A DNA stretch of 45,972 nt from Octopus bimaculoides (GCF_001194135.2 NC_068981.1:44252832-44298803), one strand, 5' to 3'; numbered from the stretch's first letter, positions 13,119 to 25,626 are shown. Numbers and translations: made by a program. Notes: generated by a model not told the origin, from the sequence alone.

Positions 13119-13619
13119 NNNNNNNNNNNNNNNNNNNNNNNNNNNNNNNNNNNNNNNNNNNNNNNNNNNNNNNNNNNNNNNNNNNNNNNNNNNNNNNNNN
13201 NNNNNNNNNNNNNNNNNNNNNNNNNNNNNNNNNNNNNNNNNNNNNNNNNNNNNNNNNNNNNNNNNNNNNNNNNNNNNNNNNNNNNNNNNNNNNNNNNNNN
13301 NNNNNNNNNNNNNNNNNNNNNNNNNNNNNNNNNNNNNNNNNNNNNNNNNNNNNNNNNNNNNNNNNNNNNNNNNNNNNNNNNNNNNNNNNNNNNNNNNNNN
13401 NNNNNNNNNNNNNNNNNNNNNNNNNNNNNNNNNNNNNNNNNNNNNNNNNNNNNNNNNNNNNNNNNNNNNNNNNNNNNNNNNNNNNNNNNNNNNNNNNNNN
13501 NNNNNNNNNNNNNNNNNNNNNNNNNNNNNNNNTTATATATATATATATACATATATTATATGTATATATATGTATATATATATATGTATACATACACATA
13601 TATATATATACAAAACATG

Positions 13620-13805
13620 GTGGTTTAGTTCACAGGTGATCTAAATGATTAGGTGCGTTAGGTAAGTGCTGTAACAGATTACTAGGGCTCCAAGGTTATA
13701 GCCGAGACGGTAGTTATGAAGCTATTGCAGATTTCTGATATAGTGGATATATAATTGTTAAAGAGGACACCAAACGTTAAGGCAAGGCAAACATATCAAG
13801 TCATA
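13620..13805 (-). repeat. Dispersed repeat, inverted homologue of 18245-18420 (PLE-associated)
   Basis: cacaggtgatctaaatgattagg...ccaaggttata...ttgcagatttctgat...aacgttaaggcaaggcaaacatatcaagtc is the approximate reverse complement of 18245-18410. A short inverted echo sits at 13851-13877. Confidence 0.75.
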
Positions 13806-15116
13806 TAAAGTTTTCTTCCAAATTTTTTTTCCAATAATAATAATGTATATGACTTGAGTTGTTTGCCTTGCCTTAACACTTGTTATCCTCTTTAACAATT
13901 ACACACACACACTCCTACACACGCACGCACACACACACATACTCCCACACACGCACACATACACACAACCACACAAACGCACACATACGCACAAATATAG
14001 ACTTAAAATACTACGTAAAAGTCATAATTTCTCCCAAGACGTTGCATAGGCAAGCTAGGAATAATTCAACACTAACACTCCTAAAGTTGAAACTGTCGAA
14101 CGAGTTCGTACATGTTTGAATACGTGTGTCTTACAAAATATATCGTAATTGAAGTCATCAATCTCATTTAGAGACTAATATTCTTTGAATGTCACTCTAC
14201 AACTAACTCAACACCTATTGCTATTGATTTTACGATTCAACTTTGTCCTAATGTTTGTTATAAGAGTGACATCGCTGAAGATAGGCCCCTATTATATAAA
14301 TTCCTGAAGAGTGAATAACAGAATTGACTTGATTAGAGCATTAACCGAAAAAAAACGGGTGTAAATAATTTTTTTGGAACGTAACCGATTCTGTAAACTA
14401 GAACATCCTATATAATGATTAAAATAATAGTTTATGAAGACATAGTAGAAATAATACATTCACCTGCATTGAAGATTCTATGATCTAAGTGAAATCAAAG
14501 TTACGTTGGCGTAAAAGTAAAGTTACGTGTCTACAATTTTTTATTCATAAGAGACAATTACGTGACACTAAGATTGATGAATGGATGTGATAATCGAATA
14601 ATGCATAGACTTTTGTTGATGAAACATTTCCGTTTAATGAAATAAATAAAACCTATCACAGTAAAAATATTTTAAAATTTGAAAAAAAGATTTTTGCACA
14701 TTAATATTGTCAATATTTCTAAGGTCACAGTCTAGTAGACTTGATATTTTTTCGTTATTTTCCCTCTTTCTCAAATTAGAAAAAATCTTGCTTTGCTATT
14801 TACTATGATTTTAGTCTCTATCCCTTAGGAAAACTCAAGTTCGAAGTTATATAAATTGCAATACTCCTGTAAAACAGTGTTGTCTTCTTTGAAGTCTCTG
14901 CAAACAATTTGTTTACAAGTTTACGCTTGTTCCCGTTAGTAATTTTTCATGTTTGTTCATGGTTATTAAATTTGGGGAAGACACATGAAGCTGATTTAAC
15001 TTAACACCGTGCATGACTGGTACTTATCTATTCTACATTTACCAAAAGTACAAATATTTATTTTAGCGGGATTAAAATTCAGAATATATCATAAACTAAT
15101 TTCTAACACGCTTAGT

Positions 15117-15330
15117 CCTGTGTGAAGGCGCCTACTTTAGTTGATTGTGTGTTGGGCTCACGATTCTTATATTCTGTATTCCATTCTCGGAGCAGGTAAC
15201 GCTTTCTGTCTTTCAGTAAAGCACTTCATTTCACATTGCTTCAGTTCACTCAGTTGAAAACAATCATCAACAAGAGTTGCGGGTCTTTTGCCTTGCGACA
15301 AAAATTGCGAGGGCGATGGACACACACGTG
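15117..15330 (+). mobile_element. Degenerate tRNA-derived SINE
   Basis: gtgtgaaggcgc..head followed by aagcacttcatttcacattgcttcagttcactcag, homologous to the reverse complement of 22830-22960. Confidence 0.65.
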
Positions 15331-15905
15331 GTAGAGTCTTATTATATCTACTAATATAATCATTTTTTTCTTCTCGTTTTGTCACTTTGGTGTATTTGAT
15401 ATATGATTAAATTGTCTTATTGATGCTAGCATAATTGTTTCTCCATAAATATATTCTGAATGCAGATATATGTATTGTGTACATTGGGAACTAATTTAGG
15501 AAGTATATTCCAAAGTTTCTCACATATATATGCATATGCACAGACACAATTAAATTTATTTATTCAAAGATATAATGATGACTGGAATCGTAAACAGTAT
15601 CGGTATTCGCCAACCATTTGCGTTCAATCTGTCTACGATCATGTTTTATATTTGATATATGCAAATGTCTTCCGAGAGCAGTTACAACTTTGGAAGAAAT
15701 TAGGTATTTTAGATTAAAGTAAAGTCACTGCTGGTGTTAAAATAAAATATTCGACTAAAATATGCTGACATACAAAATGAAATTTAGAAATGAAATATAT
15801 GAATACATACACAGAGTATATGTGTAATGCAGACACAAAGATACACAAACATTTCCATATACACACGTACTCACTTTATATATATAAATATATATATATA
15901 TATGC

Positions 15906-15944
<39 letters not shown>

Positions 15945-16297
15945 CGTAACTGTGTTCTGCGTCACAGAATAAACATATATAGATAAATACAAGCTCTTCA
16001 GAAATGCCTGCAAAGCTGTGCCAAATTATGCATATTATCGTGCAGCTCCAAAGGATAAAGTTAACAATACTTAATCAGTAATTTAAACGCATATTCAAAG
16101 ATTAGGTATTTACCTGTGGAACAATTCTAATTTTAAAGACGTAACTATATCTGTTATAACTAACTAAATTGCTGTATTCATTATAACTAGAACGATTCCT
16201 AAAGTGCCGAAATTTATATGCATATAAGTACATGCATACACCCCCACGCACACACACCCACGCACACATGCATACATACAAACAAACACACACACAC

Positions 16298-16333
<36 letters not shown>

Positions 16334-16631
16334 GATCTTGTTCAAAACGGGGGCACCAGTATTTTCTTAACGAAACACTTTGAAACTTGGAACACTGGTA
16401 GAATGTGTCATATAGAACATCTTTTTCTATTAGTCTTCTTAACAAGAAAACGTACATCGCAAGTTATTTCATGTTAAAGCTGTCGTATTTCTGTAATTTC
16501 AACCAATGACTGACGTCCATTCAGCCGAATATATTAAGTGCTGACTACGTAAACAAACGATTCTCAAACGATTCTGGCGGGGATAAAATTATTATTTCCT
16601 TGTCAAAAAATGGCTGAAGCATATTGGCAGT

Positions 16632-16653
16632 AGGGTTAGGGTTAGGGTTAGGG
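16632..16653 (+). repeat. Interstitial telomeric repeat AGGG(TTAGGG)3, a canonical four-tract G-quadruplex motif
   Basis: Exact sequence AGGGTTAGGGTTAGGGTTAGGG, followed by a degenerate ATAGG. Confidence 0.9.
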
Positions 16654-16974
16654 ATAGGCAGTAGCTAATAAACCTTTCATACAGTTCAGGCAGATGTTAA
16701 CGAAATTATAAATGGAGATTAAATACGCTTTACACCGCTTAAACTGCCAAAGGAGTAAGTATAAACAGTTGAATACTTGTTAGTGATTGGTTGAAATTAT
16801 TGAAATAAGACAATGTTTTACATGAAAAAAATTCGAATACAAACATTTTTGTCTGTACTATAACACAAAATAGATAAGTATACGAAGTTTGAAAGTCTTT
16901 CGGTACCAAAAACACTACATAAAACATTAATGAAAACTGGTGCCCCCGTTTTGAACAAGATCCCATATATATAT

Positions 16975-17270
16975 ATTAAACAAAGATATTATGCACATTT
17001 AAATTCATTTAAATATAAAGAGAATAGGAATTCCACATCACTAGCTAGTCACGTACACCTTCTAATTAATAGAAAAATACAATATAAAGTTTCCTGGGCT
17101 ATAATAGACTCGGATATCCCATATCAGGGCCAACACTCTAGTTGTTGACTCCGCTTAAAAGAATCTCTCAAAATTTTAACCCACACCTCACCACAATTGC
17201 TTAATAAATATAACCAGACCTTCACAAATTCTTTCGCACTTGTGTAAGCACAAATTCTTCCGCACTTTTC
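16975..17270 (+). pseudogene. Penelope-like element GIY-YIG endonuclease C-terminal remnant
   Basis: KQRYYAHLNSFKYKENRNSTSLASHVHLLINRKIQYKVSWAIID..PY followed by ..LKESLKILTH..LLNK, typical of the PLE endonuclease C-terminus. It is followed by a C/T-rich 3' region (17300-17940). Confidence 0.75.
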
Positions 17271-18156
17271 TTTCATAAATCAAAATGTAAGTTCACCCTC
17301 TACGAATAGCACCCACGTACAAATCCCTATGATCGTTAACACATATTCCCCTATATCTCTTCTATCTCTCCTATATTTCTTATTTCTACCTTATCTCTTA
17401 TGTCTCTTCTATCTACCTCACCTCATCACTTTATGAGATAAACATAAATTATTTGACTTACCCTTAATGTATTTTTAAACCTTAACCCAATAAATCCCTA
17501 AATATCTAATTCTAACTCCCACTCATAAATAATTTAACATTCAACTAGCTCCTCCATTTTCGACTACATTCACACCCATAACCCCATTACTGAAAATAAC
17601 ACTACAGCCACTGACCTTAGCCAGAACAAGTATTTTCTACTAGATTTCCGTCTCAACACCTATAGACTTTTAGACTACCACCGATACCTACTACTCTCTT
17701 TAAATTCCTTTCATTTTGCTTTATTTTATTACACTATCTACCTCTACCCCATCATCCTTTCTCTTATCTTCTCGGCTACCCCGTACACAATATTCCTAGA
17801 CACTATACGCCTATACACCTTACTTTATATTAAAGCCAATCCTTAAAATCCTCCCTCTCTCTAACTACCCCTCTTTCTATCTATTTACTTTGCTTTCCTT
17901 TTACCACTTAATAGCCACCTCCACTACCATTCAGTTATTGAACATTGATATCTTCGCGTCTTTTTTCTCTGGGTGTTTACTATAAAAGGATTTTAACACA
18001 TATGGCTCTACGCAGGTGTCCAACTAAGGACATATGCTCTTGTTCCTACAACATCGGAAAGTTGAGCTTTGAACTTTTATGCTTTTTTTCTTCTCTCTCT
18101 TCATTTCCTTATTCGTCGTCATCGCATTCTCATTTTCCCTATTTTTCCCTATCCTT

Positions 18157-18210
18157 TCTCTGATGACGGAATATCACATCCTCGGGGATATCCCACAAAC
18201 AGCTGTAAGA
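18157..18210 (+). ncRNA. Degenerate minimal type-I hammerhead ribozyme (PLE pLTR type), G12 changed to C
   Basis: TCT-CTGATGA-C-GGAATATC[11 nt loop]GATATCCC-A-CAAAC-AGCT-GTA-AGA. Stem I is TCT/AGA, stem II pairs 7/8, stem III is palindromic ACAGCTGT, and the cleavage triplet is GUA. GAAA has become CAAA. Confidence 0.7.
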
Positions 18211-18244
18211 TTTTCACTTTTTCCAATAATAATATTGTAAACGA

Positions 18245-18420
18245 CTTGAGATGTTTACTTTGCCTTAACGTTTCTTGTCCTCTATATCCGCTGCATCGGA
18301 AATCTGCAATGGCTATATGACGACCGTCTGGGGTATAACCTTGGTGCCCTTATATTCTGTTGCAGCACTTACCCAGCGTACCTAATCGTTTAGATCACCT
18401 GTGATTTAAACTCCCATACA
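18245..18420 (+). repeat. Dispersed repeat downstream of the hammerhead (PLE 5'/pLTR sequence)
   Basis: Homologous to the reverse complement of 13620-13805. Confidence 0.7.
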
Positions 18421-18537
18421 TCGTGTGTATGAGTTTGCATCTATCTATCTATCCATCTATGTATCTCACTCTCTCTCTTTCTCTCACTCTTTCTCTCACT
18501 CTTTCTCTCACTCTTTCTCTCTTTCTCTCTCTCTCTC

Positions 18538-18590
<53 letters not shown>

Positions 18591-18867
18591 GTATATATAT
18601 ATATATATATATANNNNNNNNNNNNNNNNNNNNNNNNNNNNNNNNNNNNNNNNNNNNNNNNNNNNNNNNNNNNNNNNNNNNNNNNNNNNNNNNNNNNNNN
18701 NNNNNNNNNNNNNNNNNNNNNNNNNNNNNNNNNNNNNNNNNNNNNNNNNNNNNNNNNNTATCATATACTTAGAGTAAATGACGTTGATAATGTTTATATT
18801 ATAGGGGTGCATCTAATACAAAATCTGAATACATACACATATATACAATATGTGTGTGTGTGTGTGT

Positions 18868-19240
18868 GGCGTGGCTGTGTGGTAAGGACCGTGCTTCCCA
18901 ACCACATGGTTCCAGGATCAGTCTCATTGCGTGGCACCTTCGGCAAGTGCCTTTTACTATAGCCTCCGTCCGTAAAACACTGTGAGTGGATTTGGCAGAC
19001 AGAAACTGAAAGAAGCCCGTCGTATATATATGTGTGTATGTGTCTGTCTCGCAACCATCACTTGACAACCGATATTGGTGTGTTTAGGTCCCCGTAACTT
19101 AATGGTTCGGCAAAACAGATCGATAAAATAAGTACTAGGCTTTCAAAGAATGAGTCCTGGGGTCGATTTGTAAGACTAAAAGCAGTACTCCAGCATGGCC
19201 ACAGTCAGATGATTGAAACGTGTAAAAGAATAAAAGAAAA
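18868..19240 (+). mobile_element. tRNA-derived SINE, near full length
   Basis: Head ggcgtggctgtgtggtaag..ggttccaggatcagtc (A/B-box-like), internal (TG) tract, gataaaataagtac CORE-like segment and an aaaagaataaaagaa tail. Confidence 0.8.
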
Positions 19241-19333
19241 GAGACATATACATATATACATATGTTTAAATATCTCTGTGTGTATGTACACAGAAATATA
19301 TGAGAATATGAATATGAGTATATATATATATAT

Positions 19334-19986
19334 ATAAAGTGTAGTATATTGCCACTTAAGTGTGGCTGACCCCTAGGGGTGGATGTTACTGTTGCTTTTA
19401 GCCCCAGGAGGACATCTCCTCCAGCTGGCTTATCGACACACGACTGTGTCCTGTTTGCCAAGGGAGTTATCCCTCTCACCTCGACCAGCAGCACGAATGT
19501 ATCCGGATTTCAGGGTTATTTCCCTTCGTCGGCGTTCGACAGCTGATGACCTTGGTGAGAGAGACAAAAACCTGGCAAACCTTATATCTTCTTTTCCAGT
19601 GAGATTCTTCACTGTTCCAGTGAGATTCTTCACTGTTAATACGTGCAGTTACTGTTAATACTTCATTTAGAGAATTAACATTGCTTGTTTTCACCTTTTC
19701 AATATCAGTGAAGAATCTCACTGGAAAAGAAGATATAAGGTTTGCCAGGTTTTTGTCTCTCTCACCAAGGTCATCAGCTGTCGAACGCCGACGAAGGGAA
19801 ATAACCCTGAAATCCGGATACGTTCGTGCTGCTGGTCGAGGTGAGAGGGATAACTCCCTTGGCAGACAGGACACAGTCGTGTGTCGATAAGCCAGCTGGA
19901 GGAGATGTCCTCCTGGGGCTAAAAGCAACAGTAACATCCACCCCTAGGGGTCAGCCACACTTAAGTGGCAATATACTACACTTTAT
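19334..19986. repeat. Long foldback: 281-bp inverted arms (19334-19614 and 19706-19986) with a 91-bp spacer
   Basis: The arms are reverse complements with only two differences that I could see (gtTtgcc/gtCtgcc and gaaTgta/gaaCgta). Confidence 0.95.
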
Positions 19987-20303
19987 CGTGCAGTTACTGT
20001 TAATACTTCATTTAGNNNNNNNNNNNNNNNNNNNNNNNNNNNNNNNNNNNNNNNNNNNNNNNNNNNNNNNNNNNNNNNNNNNNNNNNNNNNNNNNNNNNN
20101 NNNNNNNNNNNNNNNNNNNNNNNNNNNNNNNNNNNNNNNNNNNNNNNNNNNNNNNNNNNNNNNNNNNNNNNNNNNNNNNNNNNNNNNNNNNNNNNNNNNN
20201 NNNNNNNNNNNNNNNNNNNNNNNNNNNNNNNNNNNNNNNNNNNNNNNNNNNNNNNNNNNNNNNNNNNNNNNNNNNNNNATATACAGCTATATATATATAT
20301 ATG

Positions 20304-20379
<76 letters not shown>

Positions 20380-22396
20380 AAGAGAGGCAGAGAGAGATAA
20401 GTGTACATAAATACATATGTGCATATGTAATGTGTATACTTGTGTGTGTAATAGTGAGTTTAAGAAAACCATTCATACGAATAGGACTCAGTACATCTGA
20501 ATGTAATGTTAGATAATATATTAATATATAAAGCATCCAACACGTATACAAACGTCTAAAACCAATAGATGTTGGTCAATAGGTTTTTCATCAGTGACTT
20601 GTGATGAGAAATCAATATTCTAACATCTTTTGGTTGATTCTGTTTTCTCAAAACCATTATCAATATTATTTCTTTTGAGGAGAAACGGAAGTGTATTAGA
20701 CTGGTGCGTTACCACTTTTGTAGTTTTTTTATCACATAGGAGACAATAGCGACGACTGTTTGGCAGGTAAAATTAACCAAAACATTGGGATACCTATTTC
20801 TTCAACTGTGTTAGGTAGAATACAATGTGACGTCCAACGATGAGAAAACAGACTTCAATAGACATGAGATAATGAATTAAATGACTGTTCTATGAAGATA
20901 AGTCTTCTATAGGGCAACTTAATAATGATTTGTTTTGAGTAAATATAGAGCGATATTTTGTAATGGAAAATACATTCATTTGAATTTAACTAGTATATTA
21001 TTATTACATATTTCATCAACTAGCTAAGAAACTAAAAGATTCAACTTTAATCTCAGCAATTTGAAACAATTACAAGGTTCTGAACTAGATAGTCAAAGAG
21101 AATTAAAATTTGTTTTCTTTTAAGCTAACTGTATTGACAAACATTTGAATCATAAAATCAGAAATGGAATTTTATACATCCATTCAGAATAAGAGAAACG
21201 TAGGTAATCAGATTTGGTAAAAGGAATTCAGAATTACTTTAGACAAAATTTAAGGCAGTTAAGTTGACATGTGGCTTCAGATTGATGCATTTCAAGTACT
21301 TCAAAATGAAATCAATGAAACGTTTTTTGAGTTGGTATTTCAAAAGAAACGTGGTACGTAATGTAATGGATGGTTAGGAAGTTGTACATAAGGAAAAGGT
21401 AAGCTGGTATTATATTAAGATGTGACCTGATTTCAAATTCCTATTGTGGATATTGAATTTTTCTTCCTTTTAAAATACTAGAATACAGTAAAACGTGGAC
21501 AACTCATTTGAAATTATTTTGGGCTGTGTTACATATTTGCTATATTACAATTCGTCTCCTGGCATGCACACACACAAACGCAATGAACAGCATATTTACA
21601 CACCTATACTCAATATACCGTACACTTAACTACAATCCTTCATGCATGCAGATTTACGTAGCAGAATGTAAACATATGTACGCATGGAGACACTCACTTT
21701 AGCTAAACAACTATTCTCTCGCACATTGCCTACATTTACAAACGTATACATATATGTAAAACAATTAATACACCCTCTCCCGTTAACCAATCCAATTAAT
21801 GCCACATTAAAGAATACTCTAATAGAGTTCCACAGAATTTTTTCTCTGATTTTCTCGAAGAAAATTCTCTGCCAAGATTTTGAATATTATTTTCATTTAG
21901 CTCGCAGTTGATAGAAATTCTGCGCTCTTCTTCTATATAGTTGTGATTATTTTTAACGAATATTTTACAATAGAGAAGCAGATCTTCAAACACTTTCGGC
22001 TTAACTGAAGAGTAATATATAGGATCTATTACTACTACTAAAAATATTTTAAAGGGAAAAATCAACGAAGTATGTGTATATATATTATTGTCGAATATTA
22101 TTATTAATATCATTGTTCATAAAATGTATATTTGTGTTTTAATGAAATAATTGTAACTACAGGAAAAACAACAATACCATAAATTCTAGTTTTTGTTTTA
22201 ATATATACGTCTGTGACTAATATACTTAACAAAGAATTTCATGTTTTATGTGTTGTATTTCTCGTAAAACAAAAACATCTGCATGCATATAAATGATTGG
22301 CGGAATTCGCAGATGTGCTTCCTGCGGATAGAGCTTGGATTATGAAACTTTCATACACACACACACACACACGCACACATTTGTATAATGAGTATT

Positions 22397-22458
<62 letters not shown>

Positions 22459-22465
22459 TATGTGT

Positions 22466-22505
<40 letters not shown>

Positions 22506-22614
22506 GCTTATAAATGTATGGTTCCACATATATATGCTTGCGTATACACATAAATATATCAAAAAATATATATATACAAATTTATAAGCACACACATACA
22601 CACACATACACGCG

Positions 22615-22645
<31 letters not shown>

Positions 22646-22649
22646 GAAG

Positions 22650-22960
22650 ATAAAGAACCCCTTTGGCCATGGATGAGCATGGGGTTGCATGTAAGTTTCC
22701 ATCCGAGGCACAAGTCCGAGCAATGTTGTTTGTGGATGACCAGAAGTCGCTCAGGCATACCATACTCCGATGTTATCCAAGAGAAGGGCAAAGCTCGATA
22801 CAGCTTAGTACCCGTCACGTCTCAACACATCTTTACAGCTGAGGGAACTGGAGCAACGTGAAATAAAGTGTCTTGCTCAAGAAGACAACGCATAGTCCAA
22901 TGGAATTCACCATATTATGAACGGGAGCCCGACGCTTTAACCACTGAGCCATGTGCCTTC
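22650..22960 (-). mobile_element. tRNA-derived SINE
   Basis: The reverse complement begins gaaggcacatggctcagtggttaaagcgtcgggctcc (A-box), then cttgagcaagacactttatttcacgttgctccagttcc. Confidence 0.75.
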
Positions 22961-24199
22961 ATTTATGTGTGTGTGTATGTGTGTGCATGTTTCTGTGCGT
23001 GTATGTATATATACATATATATGTATATATATATAAAGGTAGAAAATTTAGAATTTTTTTATGCCAGTGGCTAGCATGCGTAATAAAAGTCAATTGACTA
23101 CATATTTCCATATACAATGTGTATAGTATTTATACACAGAAGAAGTGACCCTTTACAGGACGCCTTACATGATATAGAAGGCAACCAAACCTAAACTACG
23201 GAAAAAAGTAATTCCAAAGAGAATGAAAACATCAATTATTGACAGTTAATCCTAAACTCGAGTTTCTGTTTTAATGAACAAATAAATTAGTATATCATCT
23301 GTACTTCATCGGCGGATCACCTAAGACAATATATAATTATGTCGCAAATATCTACCGACATTCCACGTGTGTTGCATACTTATACATAATGACTAAGAAG
23401 AACTGCAGTCGCAGATATTTATCTCAAGCTAATGCAATAACAATTGTTCTCATTAGTTTAATTGACATTATTGTGCACATAACCTTATTCAAACATGAAT
23501 TAAACATTTTTTAGTATAATACTTAGGATATTCAACATTATAAGAGAATTGAAAGTAACATATATATTTGGCCATAGCATTCAGTTTGTAAATAACATAT
23601 ATAGCAAAATATTATCGAACCAAACATTCACATTCTATTTGTTCATTTAGAACTGATACAATGTCTTGTAGAGACACTCTTTCCAATGAAATTTTCGACA
23701 TTTTTTCCTTTCCTAAATGATTTATTGATTCGAAAAGTTGAAGACCAAAATATTGACGTCTGTCACAGAAAATGGTAGCATGATCATTCATGTAATAAGT
23801 TTGTGTCACGTACATTGAATGGACAAATATAAACCCTGTGACATTCGTTGTCCATTCTCAAATCATGGCTGCCCTAACTGTAAAATTAAATTGAAGAAAA
23901 ATGTACAAACTTTCTGGTCAGTTATCAAAATCATCATCTACAAGAGAGCTTTAATTAAAATCATCATTATCATCATCATATCATTATTATTTCCTCGTGT
24001 TTCTTAAATTCTGTGCACCCACATCAATATTATACTTATTTCAATCAACATAACCATTTTAGTCAGCACAGTCAGTATTATCATCCTCATCCACGTAAAC
24101 AATATTGAGAAGGATATCATCATTATTGCTATTGCCAAGACACCGCGCTTGCAAAATAGGACGCCTGAGAAAATGTTAGCAGCATTTCGTCCGTCTTTA

Positions 24200-24340
24200 C
24201 GTTTCACTTTCAAATTCCACCGAGGTCGACTTTGTCTTTCATCCTACCAGGGTCGATAAAATAAGTACCAGTTCGATGTCACAGATTATCACTCTCCCAC
24301 AAAGCACTGGTCTTATTTTGATAGTAGAATGGATTAAAAC
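24200..24340 (+). mobile_element. CORE-SINE fragment
   Basis: CORE-like segment ccgaggtcgactttgtctttcatcctaccagggtcgataaaataagtaccag. Confidence 0.7.
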
Positions 24341-24392
24341 TATAACAATTTACACGAGAACCATTAATATCATCGCCGAAATTGTTGGCGCT

Positions 24393-24554
24393 GTCGTCGT
24401 CGTCTTCTTCTTCTTCTTCTTCTTCTTCTTCTTCTTCTTCTTCTTCTTCTTCTTCTTCTTCTTCTTCTTCTTCTTCTTCTTCTTCTTCTTCTTCTTCTTC
24501 TTCTTCTTCTTCTTCTTCTTCTTCTTCTTCTTCTTCTTCGTCGTCGTCGTCGTC
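24393..24554. repeat. Compound trinucleotide array (GTC)4(TTC)45(GTC)5
   Basis: Seen directly. Confidence 0.95.
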
Positions 24555-25299
24555 ACGTCATCGTCGTTTTCATCATCATTGTCGCTCTCGGCATTGACTT
24601 TGTCATCATCATCTGTCATTATCATTGTTGTAATTGCCTCGCAGAAGTACTTTGCTTATAAGATAGTAATCCCACAATAAGCATTACACAGCTTGATATT
24701 TATCAGAGAAAACAATCACCATCAAAGATATAAACAAATATCACAACTTTCCACATAACGCCAGTATTTTTTAACGAATTGTTTTTCTGTGAGGATTTAC
24801 GTTGTGGACGAAGACTAAATTTATGTTTTATATGGACTGAGATTATTTGTTTAGTTTGGTATGATTTCCAGACCATAGATTGAATATTGCCTCACAGTAA
24901 GTCTCAAGTAACAACAGCTTTTGTCCCTGCTGTAAAAGACTAACGTAAACAGAGGGAGATAGAAAGATTACCACATAAATAGATAATTGATTTATTGATG
25001 GATAGTTTATATGAATGGAAGCTACACACGCTTTCTTAATCTCGCTCTCTCTCTCTCTCTCTCTGTCACACACAAACACGCACGCACACACATATATTAC
25101 GTACACGTATACCTATGTGCATACATATTTGTGTGTGTGTGTGTGCGTGCAGATAGCTTGCAATCAAGCTCGTTATTTATTTCTCTATATATCTATCCAT
25201 CTTTCGTTTTATCTATGTATTCGTCTAGTTTTTATCATTCAATCAAATAAATATAACCCTTTCATAGATATGACCTCACTGGAAGAAATGAACATCATT

Positions 25300-25336
25300 G
25301 TCATCGCCCTCTTCAACGTTATCATCATATTCAACG

Positions 25337-25383
<47 letters not shown>

Positions 25384-25450
25384 GTCGTCGCCATCATCAC
25401 CATTATTCTCCTCTTCCTCCTAAACATCATCATTCTCCACCTAATCATCA
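25300..25450. repeat. (CAT)n microsatellite, imperfect flanks
   Basis: Seen directly; gives the poly-I and poly-M ORFs. Confidence 0.9.
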
Positions 25451-25626
25451 TCTTTATCATAAAGAAAACGCAAGAAAATTAGTTCGTTAGTTGCATGCAC
25501 ACTCACACATACACTTACACTTATATGCAGAGATATATATGTATGTGTACACATCTGTTTGTATATATGTATATATTTTACGTATAAATACATATACATG
25601 TATGTGCATGCATACATATAAATATA

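Noticed and set aside
21243-21353. Possible plus-strand exon between tttag and gtacgt
   Set aside because: No recognisable protein similarity; such splice-like motifs are common by chance.
23612-23815. Protein-like minus-strand ORF (RQYFGLQLFESINHLGKEKMSKISLERVSLQDIVSVLNEQIE) with possible AG/GT borders
   Set aside because: No recognisable domain, an equally open frame exists on the plus strand, and no partner exons were identified. It needs RNA-seq or BLASTX.
24276-25482. Poly-F/K/S and poly-I/M ORFs
   Set aside because: These are translations of (TTC)n and (CAT)n microsatellites.
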